Positions 35,844 through 47,800 of a DNA stretch of 64,000 nucleotides are shown in pieces (positions within the stretch are counted from its first letter, which is position 1; every line of letters begins with the position of its first letter). Below the pieces are notes generated by a model, which was not told the DNA's origin, made no database searches, and saw only the letters and a list, made by a program, of their open reading frames with translations. The stretch is from Cetorhinus maximus (taxonomy: Eukaryota), in contig NC_135887.1 in NCBI RefSeq assembly GCF_964194155.1, forward strand, positions 40,238,001 to 40,302,000, given 5' to 3'. The position numbers and the translations under genes are program-made.

Positions 35844-38800
35844 GTAAGTGTTCACTACCTCATGCTGTTTGGGTTCTGTTCGGAGAGCTGGTGCAGACTC
35901 GAGGCTGAATGGCCTCCTTCTGCACTGTGACAATCCTGTGATTCTTCTTCAATATATTTGCTTCAACGCCCCCTTTTACATAGGCAATCATATTTTATTA
36001 AAATGTTTGTTCTCCATTTCTGTTTCGTACTGTCCTGATTATGTTGCCCATTAGTGGGTATAGTTCTGCGGCCGCATAATGGGTAGAGAAACTGCCTCAT
36101 ACTGAGTACTGGAGTACAGACTCACTGCCCCATATTGGATACAGCTGTATTGCCCTATTCTGGGTAAAGACTCGCTGCTCCATTCTGGGGTACAAACCCT
36201 CTGTCCCATATTGGATATGATTGTACAGCTCAAAACTGGGGTACAGACTCACTTCCCCATACAGGGTACAGATCCACTGCTCCCTTCTGGGAAATGCTTG
36301 CACCGCTCTATGCTAGGGTACAGATCCACTGCACCATTCTGGGGTATGGTTGCACTGCTCTATACTGGAGTACAGATCCACTGCCCCGTACTGAGTATAG
36401 TTGGATTGTTCCACACTGGGTACTGACACACTACCCCATACTGGGGTTTAGACTCGCTGCCCCTTGGTGGGGTATTGACTCACTGCCCTATATTGGGGTT
36501 TAGACGCATTGCCCTATACTGGGTACAGACTCACTGCCCTATACTGGGTACAGACTCACTGCCCCATCCTGGGGTATAGACTCACAGCTCCATACTGGGT
36601 ACAGATTCCCTGCCCCAGACTCGGGTACGGACTCACTGCCCCATACTGGGTTATAAACTCACTGCCACATACTGGGGTACAGTATCACTGCCCCATACTG
36701 GGTTATAAACTCACTGCCCCATACTGGGTTATATACTCACTGCCCCATACTGGATTATAAACTCACTGCCCCATACTGTGGTACAGACTCACTACCCCAT
36801 ATTCGGGCACAAATTCACTGCTCCATACTGGACCACAGGCTCACTGACCCATACTGGAGTATAAACTCAATGCCCCATACTGGAGTATAGATTCATTGCC
36901 CCATACTTGGGTACAAACTCACTGCCCCACACTGGATTATAGGCTCACTGCCTCATACTGGGTTATAGACCCACTGCGCCATAATGGGGTTTATACTCAC
37001 TGCCCCATACTGGGGTACAGTCTCACTGTCCCATATTGGGGTTTAGACTCACTGTCCCATACTGGGGTGCAGTCTCACTGTCCCATACTGGGGTGCAGTC
37101 TCACTGTCCCAAACCGGGGTATAGACTCTGTCCCATACTGGGGTATAGACTCACTGCCCCATACAGGGGTACAGTCTCACTGCCCCATACAGGGGTACAG
37201 TCTCACTGCCCCATACAGGGGTACAGACTCACTGCCCCACACTGGGGGTACAGTCTCACTGCCCCATACTTGGGTACAGTCTCACTGCCTCATATTGGGG
37301 TACAGTCTCACTGCCCCATACTGGGGTATAGACTCACTGTCCCATACTGGGGTACAATGTTACTGCCCCATGCTGGGTTATAGAGTCACTGCTCCATATT
37401 GGGATTTCATTCATTGCCCCATATTCGGGCATAGACTCAGTGCCTCATTACACTTCTGACTTGTAACAAAAACAGAAAATGCTGGAAAAACTCAGGAGGT
37501 CTGACAGCATCTGTAGAGCAAGAAACATTATTGACGTTCCAAATGACATACCTTGGCAATTTTCTACATTCCACTGGGCAACAGCTCAACCAGGGGCACA
37601 GCTAGTTCTGGAGCACAAGTCTTCAGTACTACAACTGGATGTTGTCAGGGCCCATAGCTTTTGCTGTATTTGGCCATTTCTTGATGTTACAACTGAAGTC
37701 GTTATGAATGCTGTTTGGTTAAGTTGCAAAAGCGCTTAGCGCAGCAGGGGAGGTTGAGTTCACATTTTAATTGAAAGTTTAAAGGTGCTATTAAAGGATT
37801 AGCTGTCTTTGATATGGTAACTGAATAAAGCTTTGTTTATAGTACAGATTGAACACTTGAGGGATTTTAAAAGCCCTCAAGTGGGATTTATGAATGGGAG
37901 TGTTTTTTCAGTAACAAGTGTGAAGGAGTGAGTTGCATAAGATTGTTCAACATTTATATATATTTATCTCTACTTGGCTCCTGAGATCTGCCCATGCTGA
38001 ACACTGGGTGAGTTTCTGTAGAGATGGTATGGAGGGGGAATAAGTTGGCATTGAAGTGGCATGGAGGTATGCGGAGGCATGGGAGTGTGTGTGGGGGTTG
38101 AGGGGTTGTTAGGGGTGAGGACTAGAGGGCCTAATGGCCTTTCAAACAACTGGGCTGAAGTCCCAAAGAACCGAGACAGGCCTTCTAACCAGCCCACCTT
38201 GGCACTCATCCGTTTCATGGCTGCCTACAAACTGCTTCCAGGGTCAGCGGGCTCGACCCTATCTCATTGCCGTCTCCCCATAGTGAAAATTTAAACTGAG
38301 CCACATTTGCCAAGTTGGAAAATTTCCTGATTCAAACTACCCACCTCAGCAGCGAAAATCTGGCCCTCATTGTCTAGCCTGTTCCATGAAGAATAGCTAC
38401 TTGGGTGAGCTACCATAGGCCAGCAACGCCTTGAAGTCTACCTAGGTAACTGTCAGCACTTCCAAAAAGAGAAGAGAAAATGGAGGAGGTGATTTGGGAA
38501 AGTTTCTGCCAACACTTCAGGCTGCACTTACACTTTCAGTTTAGCAAAGTTACATGTAGATTTCAGTTTCACATTAACATTAAACTTGCAGTGTCAGCCC
38601 TGAAACAGGGCCCTACTTGACTCCTGAACAGAACAGATGGTACCTCCAACAATGCTGTACTCTCTTAGTTGTGCATGAAGCATTAGCCCGGATTAAAAAC
38701 TGGAGTGAGTCTAGTTATTTACCATTTACAGCAAAATATAGAGTAAAAGTTCTCCTTCAATAATTACAAGGGTACCAGATTTGACTAGAAAGTCTCTTAA

Positions 38801-41800
38801 CGCTTATGTGAATTTATTATTGTAATATTAGTATTTACTTCAAAAACACAATGGTTCAACTGGAAGGGAAGAAAACCGATTGCCCAGGAGTCTCCCCAAT
38901 CCTGTATGCAGTGCAAGGGTTAACAATCAAGTTTTCTACTGAATGAGGAGGGACATGGTTAATTTAAGAGTAAGGTCATTGACTTTACAAGCTACATTTC
39001 AAAATACTCCATCTGACCCTGTAAAAGTTTACAGAGCAAAAGGGTCAAAAGGCCCCACACATAATTACAAGGGAAAATTACTGAAGAATTTTAGTTGCAT
39101 AGTCATTTAACATAATTGTCAGTATAAGCTAAAAATTAAGGAGGAATATTGCATCAAAGACCTTGTTTACTCTGTTAGTTTACTGACTGGAACTAAATCA
39201 TAATTTTGGAAGGAGCCCAGCAGTGCATGTTCATGTGATCTGCACAAGGCTATTAGAAGGGAAGTAAATGGAAATATTTGTCCTATATCTGATTCCTTCC
39301 ACCAGAATGCTTTAACATTGCCAAGAGGCTGTCATTAGCGCTGGAGAGGAGAGGATATGTAAGAACACACAAGAGTATATAAAAGAGTTTCCAAAACTAT
39401 AGCTATCTTAAAGCTGATTGTAATGTTGTAGTGACCTGGATTTGGCTTTCCTCCATTTATGCTGGGCATTGCGTCCTCATGGTACTTTTCCGATGCCCTG
39501 ATATATCAAGAGATTGACTAAAAGTTGTGCTTTAATCTTTTTTAGAAAGATTGGGCATGATACCCCTGGCACCATTCTATCAGGACTAGTGATTGGCACA
39601 CTGTCCTGGCACTGACGCTCCCTGCCCACCTCATCCCAATGATTTCAATAGAGAATAAAATTAGGCAGTGCATAAGATGGGCAACAGAATCAAATCTGAC
39701 CCATCCCCACTGGATGGGCTAGATTAAAATTGACGCTCAAGTTTTTTCGCTTATATGTATGTCTTCATGGCAGAAACCATTCTAGTAAATCTATACCGTG
39801 CCCTTTCTAAGGCCTTAATAGTCTTCCTGTACTGTGGTGTCCTATAATGCACACAGTACTCTGGCTGAGGTCTTATTAGAGTTGTATATAGGATCACTAT
39901 TTTCTCCTGACTTTTATATTCTATAATTCTTGTGAAAATACCTAACATGTTGCAACCTTTCAACTTGAGACAGTACCTTTAATATCCTGTAAACTGCATG
40001 CCTAAATGTCATGGTGGTGTAGTGGTAATGTCACTGGACTAGTAATCCAGAAGCCCAAGATAATGTTCCAGGGTCATGGATTTAAATACCACCTCGGCTG
40101 CTGGTGGAATTTAAACTTAATTAATAAATCTGTAATGGTGACCATGACAACTATCATCGATTGTTGTAAAAACCCACCTGGTTCACTAATGTCTTTTAGA
40201 AAAGGAAATCTGCCGTCCTTACCTGGCCTGGGCTATATGTGACTCCAGACCCAGAGCAATGTTGTTGACTCTTATCTACCCTCTAAAATGGCCTACAAGC
40301 CACTCAGTTCAACGGCAATTAGGGATGAGCAACAAATGCAGGTCTTGCCAGCAATGTTCACATCCCATTAAAGAATAAAGAAAAACAAAGCTTCCAGTCA
40401 GACTCTATTTACAGCTGCGTTTTTATCAAAATGCTTCACCTCACACTTACTGGCATTAAATTGTGTCTGTCCCTTTTTAAGCTTTTCCACATCACCAATC
40501 CCCCATCTTATCAATAACCCCTTACAGCTTCCTTTTGTCTTCTGAAGAATTAATTATATCTCCTATTTTGGTATTATCTGCAAATTTCAACATCTGTTGG
40601 GCGTACATCCAAATCGTTGATATACTCAAAGACTGGTGTGTGGGAGAAGTGGGTTCCGGTTTGTGGGGCATTGGCACCTGTACTGGGGAAAGTGGGGGCT
40701 GTGCCATTGGGACCGTCTACACCTGAACCATGCTGGGACGTGTGTTCTTGCGAACCGCATAACTAGGGAAGTAGAGAGGACTTTAAACTAAACAAGGAGG
40801 GTGAGGGAGCAAGCTTGGGTAAATGTGGCAAATCAAGGGGTAGATTCAAGGCAGGACACCGTAGTTGTAATATAGGAAATGAAGGTCATAGAATAACAGG
40901 AAAGGGCAGAGAGATAAAACCTAAGAATACACCAGTAATCAAAACTAGATGTTACAAAGATAACAAAAAGACAAAGCTAAATGGCCTGTATCTAAATGTG
41001 CATAGCATTCATAACAAAGTAAATGAATTGATGGCGCACATTGAAGTAAATAAATATGATCTGATAGTCAATATAATATAGGATTTGAACCCAGTTCCCC
41101 AGAGCATTACCTGGGTCTCTGGAATACTAATCCAGTGACAATACCACTATGCTGCTACCACCTCCCCTATTAATTAAGAAGGCTAATGGAATGCTATACT
41201 TTATTATGAGAGGAATTGAACATAAAAGTAAGGATGTTATGCTTCAGTTGTACAGGGCATTGGTGAGACCACATCTTGAATGTTGTGTGCAGTTCTGGTC
41301 TCCTTATTTAAGGAAGAATGTAAATGTGTTGGAGGTGGTTCAGAGGAGGTCTACTAGATTGATACCTGGAATGAATGGGTTGCCTTATGAGGATAGGTTA
41401 GACAGACTGGGCTTGTTTCCACTGGAGTTTAGAAGAGTGAGGAGTAACTTGATTGAAGTATTTAAGATCCTGAACAGTCTTGAAAAGTTGGAAATGATGT
41501 TTCCTCTTGTAGGTGAGTCCAGAACTAAGGGGCACTGTTTTAAAATTAGGGGTTGCCCTTTTAGGACAGAGATGAGAATTTTTTTATCTCAGAGTGTTGT
41601 GCAGCTTTGGAACTCTCTGCCTCCAAAGATGGTCAAGGTGGGATCATTGAATATCTTTAAGGTGGAGGTAGATAAATTCTTGTTCGTTAGAGAATCAAAG
41701 GTTATCGAGGGTAGATGGGAATGTGGAATTCAAAACACAAACAAATCAGCCATGATCTTATTGAATGGCAGAGCAGGCTCAAAGGGCCAAATGGCCTACT

Positions 41801-44800
41801 CCTGTTCTTATTTTCTGTATTCGTATGAATGTTCAGTAAACAGAAATGGCCCCTTAACAGGAAACTGTGGGACATCGCAACCCACTTCCAACCACTCTGA
41901 TAAACTGCTGTTAACTCCTGCTTTCTGTTATCTGCCTACTCGTCATTTTTAATCTAGTTTTGTATCACCCCCCTTTACTGGAATCTCTCTTGTGGCACCT
42001 TGTTGATTGCTTTACTAAGTTTTGCAAAGACTACATATGCTGCAGTTCCCCATCTACCATGTCTGCCACCTTATCAAAGAATTCTGAGGTTTGTAAAGCA
42101 CAATCATCCGTTTTGAAATCTGTGCGGCCTGCTACTATTTTCTCCTATGTCAATGGTAAATTCTTCTCAATTGAAGATGCTAAAGACTTTCCCTACCACA
42201 GGTGTCATGCTAACTGGCCAGTGATTATCTGGATTTTTAACTGTTTCCCTTTTTAAAACTGGGTACTGCATTGCTACTCTCCAGTCCTCAAACACACATC
42301 CATACTCAAAAGAACTCTGAAACTTAGGGCGGAATTTTCTGTGCCCATTGGCGTTGAGCGTCATGGCGGGCATAAGGAGACAATATGGCAGGAAGGCCAA
42401 AAATCAGTTTCACGACATTGTGAAACCAGTTTGCAATCGTCTGCTCTGCCCGTCAATGTTGGGCCATATTTCCCGCCACTACATGTCGGGAACTTCATTT
42501 TAATACACCTGCACATAATTATAAACCTTGCTTGCCAGAATCATCACCCCTTGCTGGATCCTCCGGGATTCATGCCGATGTGTCTCACAACAGCATTTAT
42601 GCGGCGTGCAGCTGGCGAGCTGCACTTCGAGGGGAATTCGGAGGTGAGTGCACAGTAACGTTGCGCAGCACTCGCGAGGGTTGCCTGTTGGACCTTAAGG
42701 TCGAGGCGCCTCCCATTCAGGCAATGGCATGTGCAAGTCGCTTTTTCCCGGCAGGCTGACAGTGCAGTGCTGGGGCAAGGGCTGCATTGCGATTGAGGTG
42801 AGTTGGGAGTGTGGCAAGGACTACACTGTGGTTGACGGTAGCGCACAAGCATATGCGGAGGTGGGGGGGGGGAGAAAAGCTGCCATGCATTAAGAAAACC
42901 TTGTATAAAGTGACCATTCCTGCACAGCTGAGACTGTTCTGGCACAGCCACATTGACTTGCTTGGAATCGGGCCTCTAACTTATCTACCCACTCAAGCAA
43001 CACAGAGGCATGAAAGTGCCACCAGATGCTCCAGAGCTTTTCACCCATCAGGCACAGACTGCAAACCGTTGTGCATTTTAGTGGATTGCAGAATAATTGG
43101 ACGACTGGGCACATTGTACAATCTCCTTGCTAAAGTTGGTCATGGAGCAGTCACTGGTGGAGGCGCTCACAGCCCCTTGCAATGTCATCATTCAGGTTTG
43201 GACCAGTCTCCCCCATTTTTTAGGCTAACAGTGTAGCCTTGCAGTGTGGGTGAGGAGAATGCCTGCACCTGAACTGAGAACACAGCATGCAGTCCAATGG
43301 ACAAAGCTGCCGACAATTGGTCAGGTGAATTGAGGCGGAGGTGGGTGGGATTTCGGGCAGCCATGCAGCGCACGTAACTCTGGCCATTAAAGTGGCGGCC
43401 AGCACTCTCTGGGATGCATTAAGGGGCCTTACGGTGTGAAAATCTGCCATTGCGGCCAGCGGGTAAAACGTTCTTTTCCCCGCCCACCACCACACCTCAG
43501 GCTGTAGCGCTGTTGGGCCCTTGGAATTTGTCTTCTTTTAGCCTAACTAATTTTTAGAACCTTCCATTTATTAATAATAATATCACTTATTTCACTTTCA
43601 ACCATTTAAGGAGTTAACTCCGCTCCCATATCCATCTCCTCAGTTTGAGGAAGTCATGAAGCTTGTTGCTGAACTGGTGGCAGATTTTCTGCAGCTTTCC
43701 GAGGCCAATATTCCCCTTTAGCACAGGGCTGACCAATTGTAATTGCTGACCAGCTACAAGTATGGCTGCGGCAACACAATTTTAGCCAAATTTACTCATT
43801 TCAGGAAAAAACACCTTACATTTGCAGACAATTCAAGTAAATATACATAACACGTGTATGTTTACTTAACAAACATCTACCACCTTTCAATAACCAAGGA
43901 CATAAAGCATGCTTTAAATAATTAAAAAATACTCACACTCAGACCTTCATTTTACCATTTTATCAATAAACATATAAAGTCTACACATGCTAGAATGTGG
44001 ATTTTGGGATCAAAACAGTGCTTATTGCTCAGTTTTAAAATTTACAAATCAGAAATGCAATCAGCTACTCTAAAGCAGAATTTTGAAGTCGGCGAGCAGG
44101 CCCCGGAGCGGCTGGGAAACAGCCCGCCGCCCGCGATCGGCACCCAGCCACGATTTCACACCAGTGGGCCAATTGAGGTCCACCCAGCGTGAAAAGCAAC
44201 TCCTCACTGGTCGGGAAGGGGTGGGTGGGGGCGGGTGCTTGTCAGCCACCGGGTCCAATGGCGACCCGGCGGCCGGTTTAAAAATGGCACATTCAGACCC
44301 TGGAGGGCTACCACAGGAGAACTTCTCCTCTGCGTTGTCAATATTGATGTTATGGAGTTGAGCGCAGCTGGACACGGCAGGTGGGATGGCAGGTCGGGTG
44401 GGCACTCGGCCCCCTGTTTTTCGGATGAGTGCCTCACGGCCCTCCTGGAGGAGGTGGCTGCCAGGAGGGACATCCTTGTAACCAGAGATGGGAGGAGGAG
44501 GTCACCACACCTCAGAAAGAGGGTATGGGAGGAGCGCTGGTTAGCAGCCATGATGTGGTGCGGCGCACATGGGTGCAGCGCCAGAAGAGTTTCAATGACC
44601 TGCTGGGCTCAGGAAGGGTGAGTACCATGTTGGCATGGGTCAGTGTGCAGATGTGTTAAGGTGTGGCCATCCCCCCGTGGACCTCAGGGGCACTAGAGTC
44701 TGAGTGCCAACTGTCAGTGATGTGAGAGCTGGTCAAGGGGGTGAGCCCTGGCTGCTTGGACTGGTTGCCTTGTGGCTCAAGGGCCATGACTTGGATGTGC

Positions 44801-47800
44801 CCTGCGAGGTATTCCTCAGCTGGGGTTGGCCAGGCTGCAATGGAGTTGCAGGTATAGAGTGGATTAGTCAATGCTCCTCTGTCCTTTCAGGAGAAGACAA
44901 GCCATAACAAATTGGAGAGGTCACGGACAGGCAGAGGTCCGCTCAACCTGCTGCTGCTCAACAGGCTCGAGCAGGACGCCCTTGAGCTAGAGAGCCTCCA
45001 CGTGCTCCACGCCTCCTCCAGCTCCACATGCAACTGGGCGTGGAGAGGCGGGGTTGCCAGACGAAGGTAAGAGTGCAGTGCACAGAGGTGAGAGTTGCAG
45101 GTTGTGTAATCATTCTAGTGTAGTCTCTTCATTGATGGGAGCCTCAAACCTGGAGGCCCCATTGATCATTGAAAGACAATGGCACCATGATGCAGATCTC
45201 CATGGTCTCACCAGGGTGCATGTACAGTGACAGTGTGATGACTTAAACTAATGACATGTCCTTTTCCTTGTTCTCCCTTTTAGATTTGCCAGCACACACT
45301 CGCTCTCTGGACCCCGAAGGGCCATCCCTGATGCCAGAGGACCAGCAGGCTTCATTTGCACCTGTGTCACACCCGCTCTCTGAACCAGGCACCAACGCAG
45401 ATACCAGTGCATTGGTGGGCATTAGATCGGTGGCTAGAATGTCGGTGCACATTGGTGAGGGCACTTCGCACTCACTTGGTTTATATGTCTGCTGGTGTGG
45501 ACATTAACACCAGTAATGTCATTATGCTTTCAATGTGACAGTAACATTAAATTTGCTTTGGTTCTGTTGGCTTGAGTATGCTTCATCTTTTTTCTTTCTA
45601 GTGCAGGGTACGCCAGTACGTAATGCCGGACCTGAGTGGCTCAATGCTTTATTGCACAGGCATTGAGTGGACTTAGGGTGCAAAGGAAAGGGTCATTTCA
45701 GACATCCAGGATGGAAGCAGCTCCCCTGGCATGTGGTGGAAGCAGATCTCTGGCAGCCTAGCTGAAGGAGCATTGGATCAAGGCGTTCCTGGTGTCCCCG
45801 CCTCCCTGGAGCTTATTGAGGTTTGCCTCCACACCCTCAGCATTCTCCTCACCGTGTTCATCTTCTGACTCACTACTGGATTCATCATCTGTGGCCTGTG
45901 CAGCTGCATCCTCTTCCTCCAGTGGGTCCCCCCTTGCCAGTGTCAGATTGTGGAGAGCGCAGCATGCACCCACTATCAGTTACACCTGCTCTGGGGGGTA
46001 TTGCAGTGCGCCCCCTGAATGGTCCAGGCGTGAGAAGCGCCTCTATGGTCCTCTCTACCACCACCCTTGTTGGATGCATGATTCATATTGTAACGCTGCT
46101 CTGCCTCTGTTCTTGGATGGCGGAGAGGCATCACGAGCCACCTCCTCAATGGATAGCCTTTGTCAACCAGCAGCCATCCATCCAGTCGGGCTAGAGCACT
46201 GAAGAGCCTCAGCACTTGAGAGTGTCTCAGAATGTACCCGTTATGGGAGCTGCCAGGGCACCTTGCACAGACTTGCAAAATATGCATCCTTTGGTCACAC
46301 ACTAACTGCACATTCATGGAGTGGAATCCCTTCCTGTTGACGGAGGCACCTGGCTGACCCACTGGCACCTTGATGGCCACATGTGTGCAGTCGATGGCAC
46401 CTTGGATGCAGGGGAACCCAGCAATCACTGCAAAGCCTCTGGCTCGCTCAGCCTGGCTGGTCTCATCCCTGCAGAAAACAATAAAGGTCAGCACCCGCCT
46501 GAACAGAGCTTCTGTCACCAGCTTGCTGCAACTGTGAACAGCTGATTGGGAGACTCTAAACAGATACCCAACTGAAGTTGACGGCCACTGTGAGCTCCCG
46601 AGCCACTGGCAAGGGGTGTCCACCCACATAGTCAGAGCTGATCTCGGGCCCAATCATCTGACAGATGGAGGTCATGGTCTCCTTGAGAGGCGGAACCTCC
46701 TTCGGCATTGCACCTCAGACATATTGAGGTGGCTGCATCGCCGCCTGTAAACGCTGAGAGCAGGAGAGTGGTGTCTTCTGCAGCCCCTTCCGCCTTGGAC
46801 TTCCTGCTGGCCCTGCACCTTGTGCCTGCGCCTCTCCTCCCACAGGTCCCTCCCCTGGAGGCTGCATTGGGACAACTAGCCTCCTCTCCCTTCTGTCTCT
46901 CTCTTCCTCCTCAGAAGAGGTGCCACCAGCAGAGACCACAATTACCAGGGTAAGGGAAGGCTGTCTGATACCTGGAAGGGTCCACACGGTCTGAATCCTC
47001 CAGAGGCCATGCAGACACCAATAAGTCCTGAAATGAAACCTGGAAATGCTAAGAATGAAGCCCCAAACAGAGATGAAGCTGCCAAGTACCAATAAGCAGT
47101 CAGTAGCAAATTACCTCCAAAACTCCTCACTGCCCACACTGGCAATGCTGCTGACCCTTTTTATCCCGCCTTTGGATGAGGTTTTTGAAATTGTCGGCTG
47201 CCCGCCTGCCCGTTTTGCCCGTGCGATGAGCGCAAAGTCGTACAGGCAACATAAAATACAACTTAATTGCCTTTTTAATGGCCTTAACTGGTCTCATAAT
47301 TGATGACAGGCGCGACTCTGACTCCCACTCACGCCCGCCTGGCAAAATATTGCGCGAGTGCACGATGACATCATTACACGCTATTTTACACTCGAACGTG
47401 TCGGGTGTGTGCCCACACACCAAGTGAAAAATTCTGGCCTAGATTACCTATAGGGCAAATGTGGATTGCAGCTAATTTATTCGGCATTATGCCATCTGGG
47501 ATACACTTGTGCATGTGTTATTTGGAGGAAGAGGAGTAGGATGAGCAAAAAGCATTGCTGATGTCTGGGAGGTGAGGAATCATTATCTGGAGAGATCATC
47601 TGCTCACTGCTTCCGATGAATCTATCAACCAAAGGGCTTTCCTGGCCCTAGCAGAGAAACACCAGTTTCACAGGCAAGAGGGTAGGCTGGGAATTCCACT
47701 AACTTTTGCAACTTGCAACCTGATTGTAAAGTTGGCACAGCACTGCCAGGAATAGTGAAGATCACCAACCCCTTGAACTTTATTTCCTCCAGGGACTACT

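Larger units (their letters stand above)
44073..47439. mobile_element. PIF/Harbinger DNA transposon, two-gene structure, decayed
   Basis: Degenerate TIRs (AAGCAGAATTTT / AAAATTCTGGCC); Myb/SANT gene on plus and DDE nuclease on minus, convergent. Confidence 0.85.

Noticed and set aside
36045-37455. CRISPR-like array of palindromic ~26-nt repeats, and the repetitive ORFs over it
   Set aside because: Units are contiguous with no unique spacers, there are no cas genes, and the context is a eukaryotic intron. The ORFs are by-products of the repeat.
40010-40095. Functional tRNA-Thr gene (also at 17338 and 32200-32290)
   Set aside because: Expanded variable region, no proper acceptor stem, and continuity with retroelement bodies mark these as SINE/LINE heads.
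45758-46653. Domesticated HARBI1 host gene
   Set aside because: Frameshifts and deletions, flanking TIRs and an adjacent Myb partner indicate a decayed transposon.
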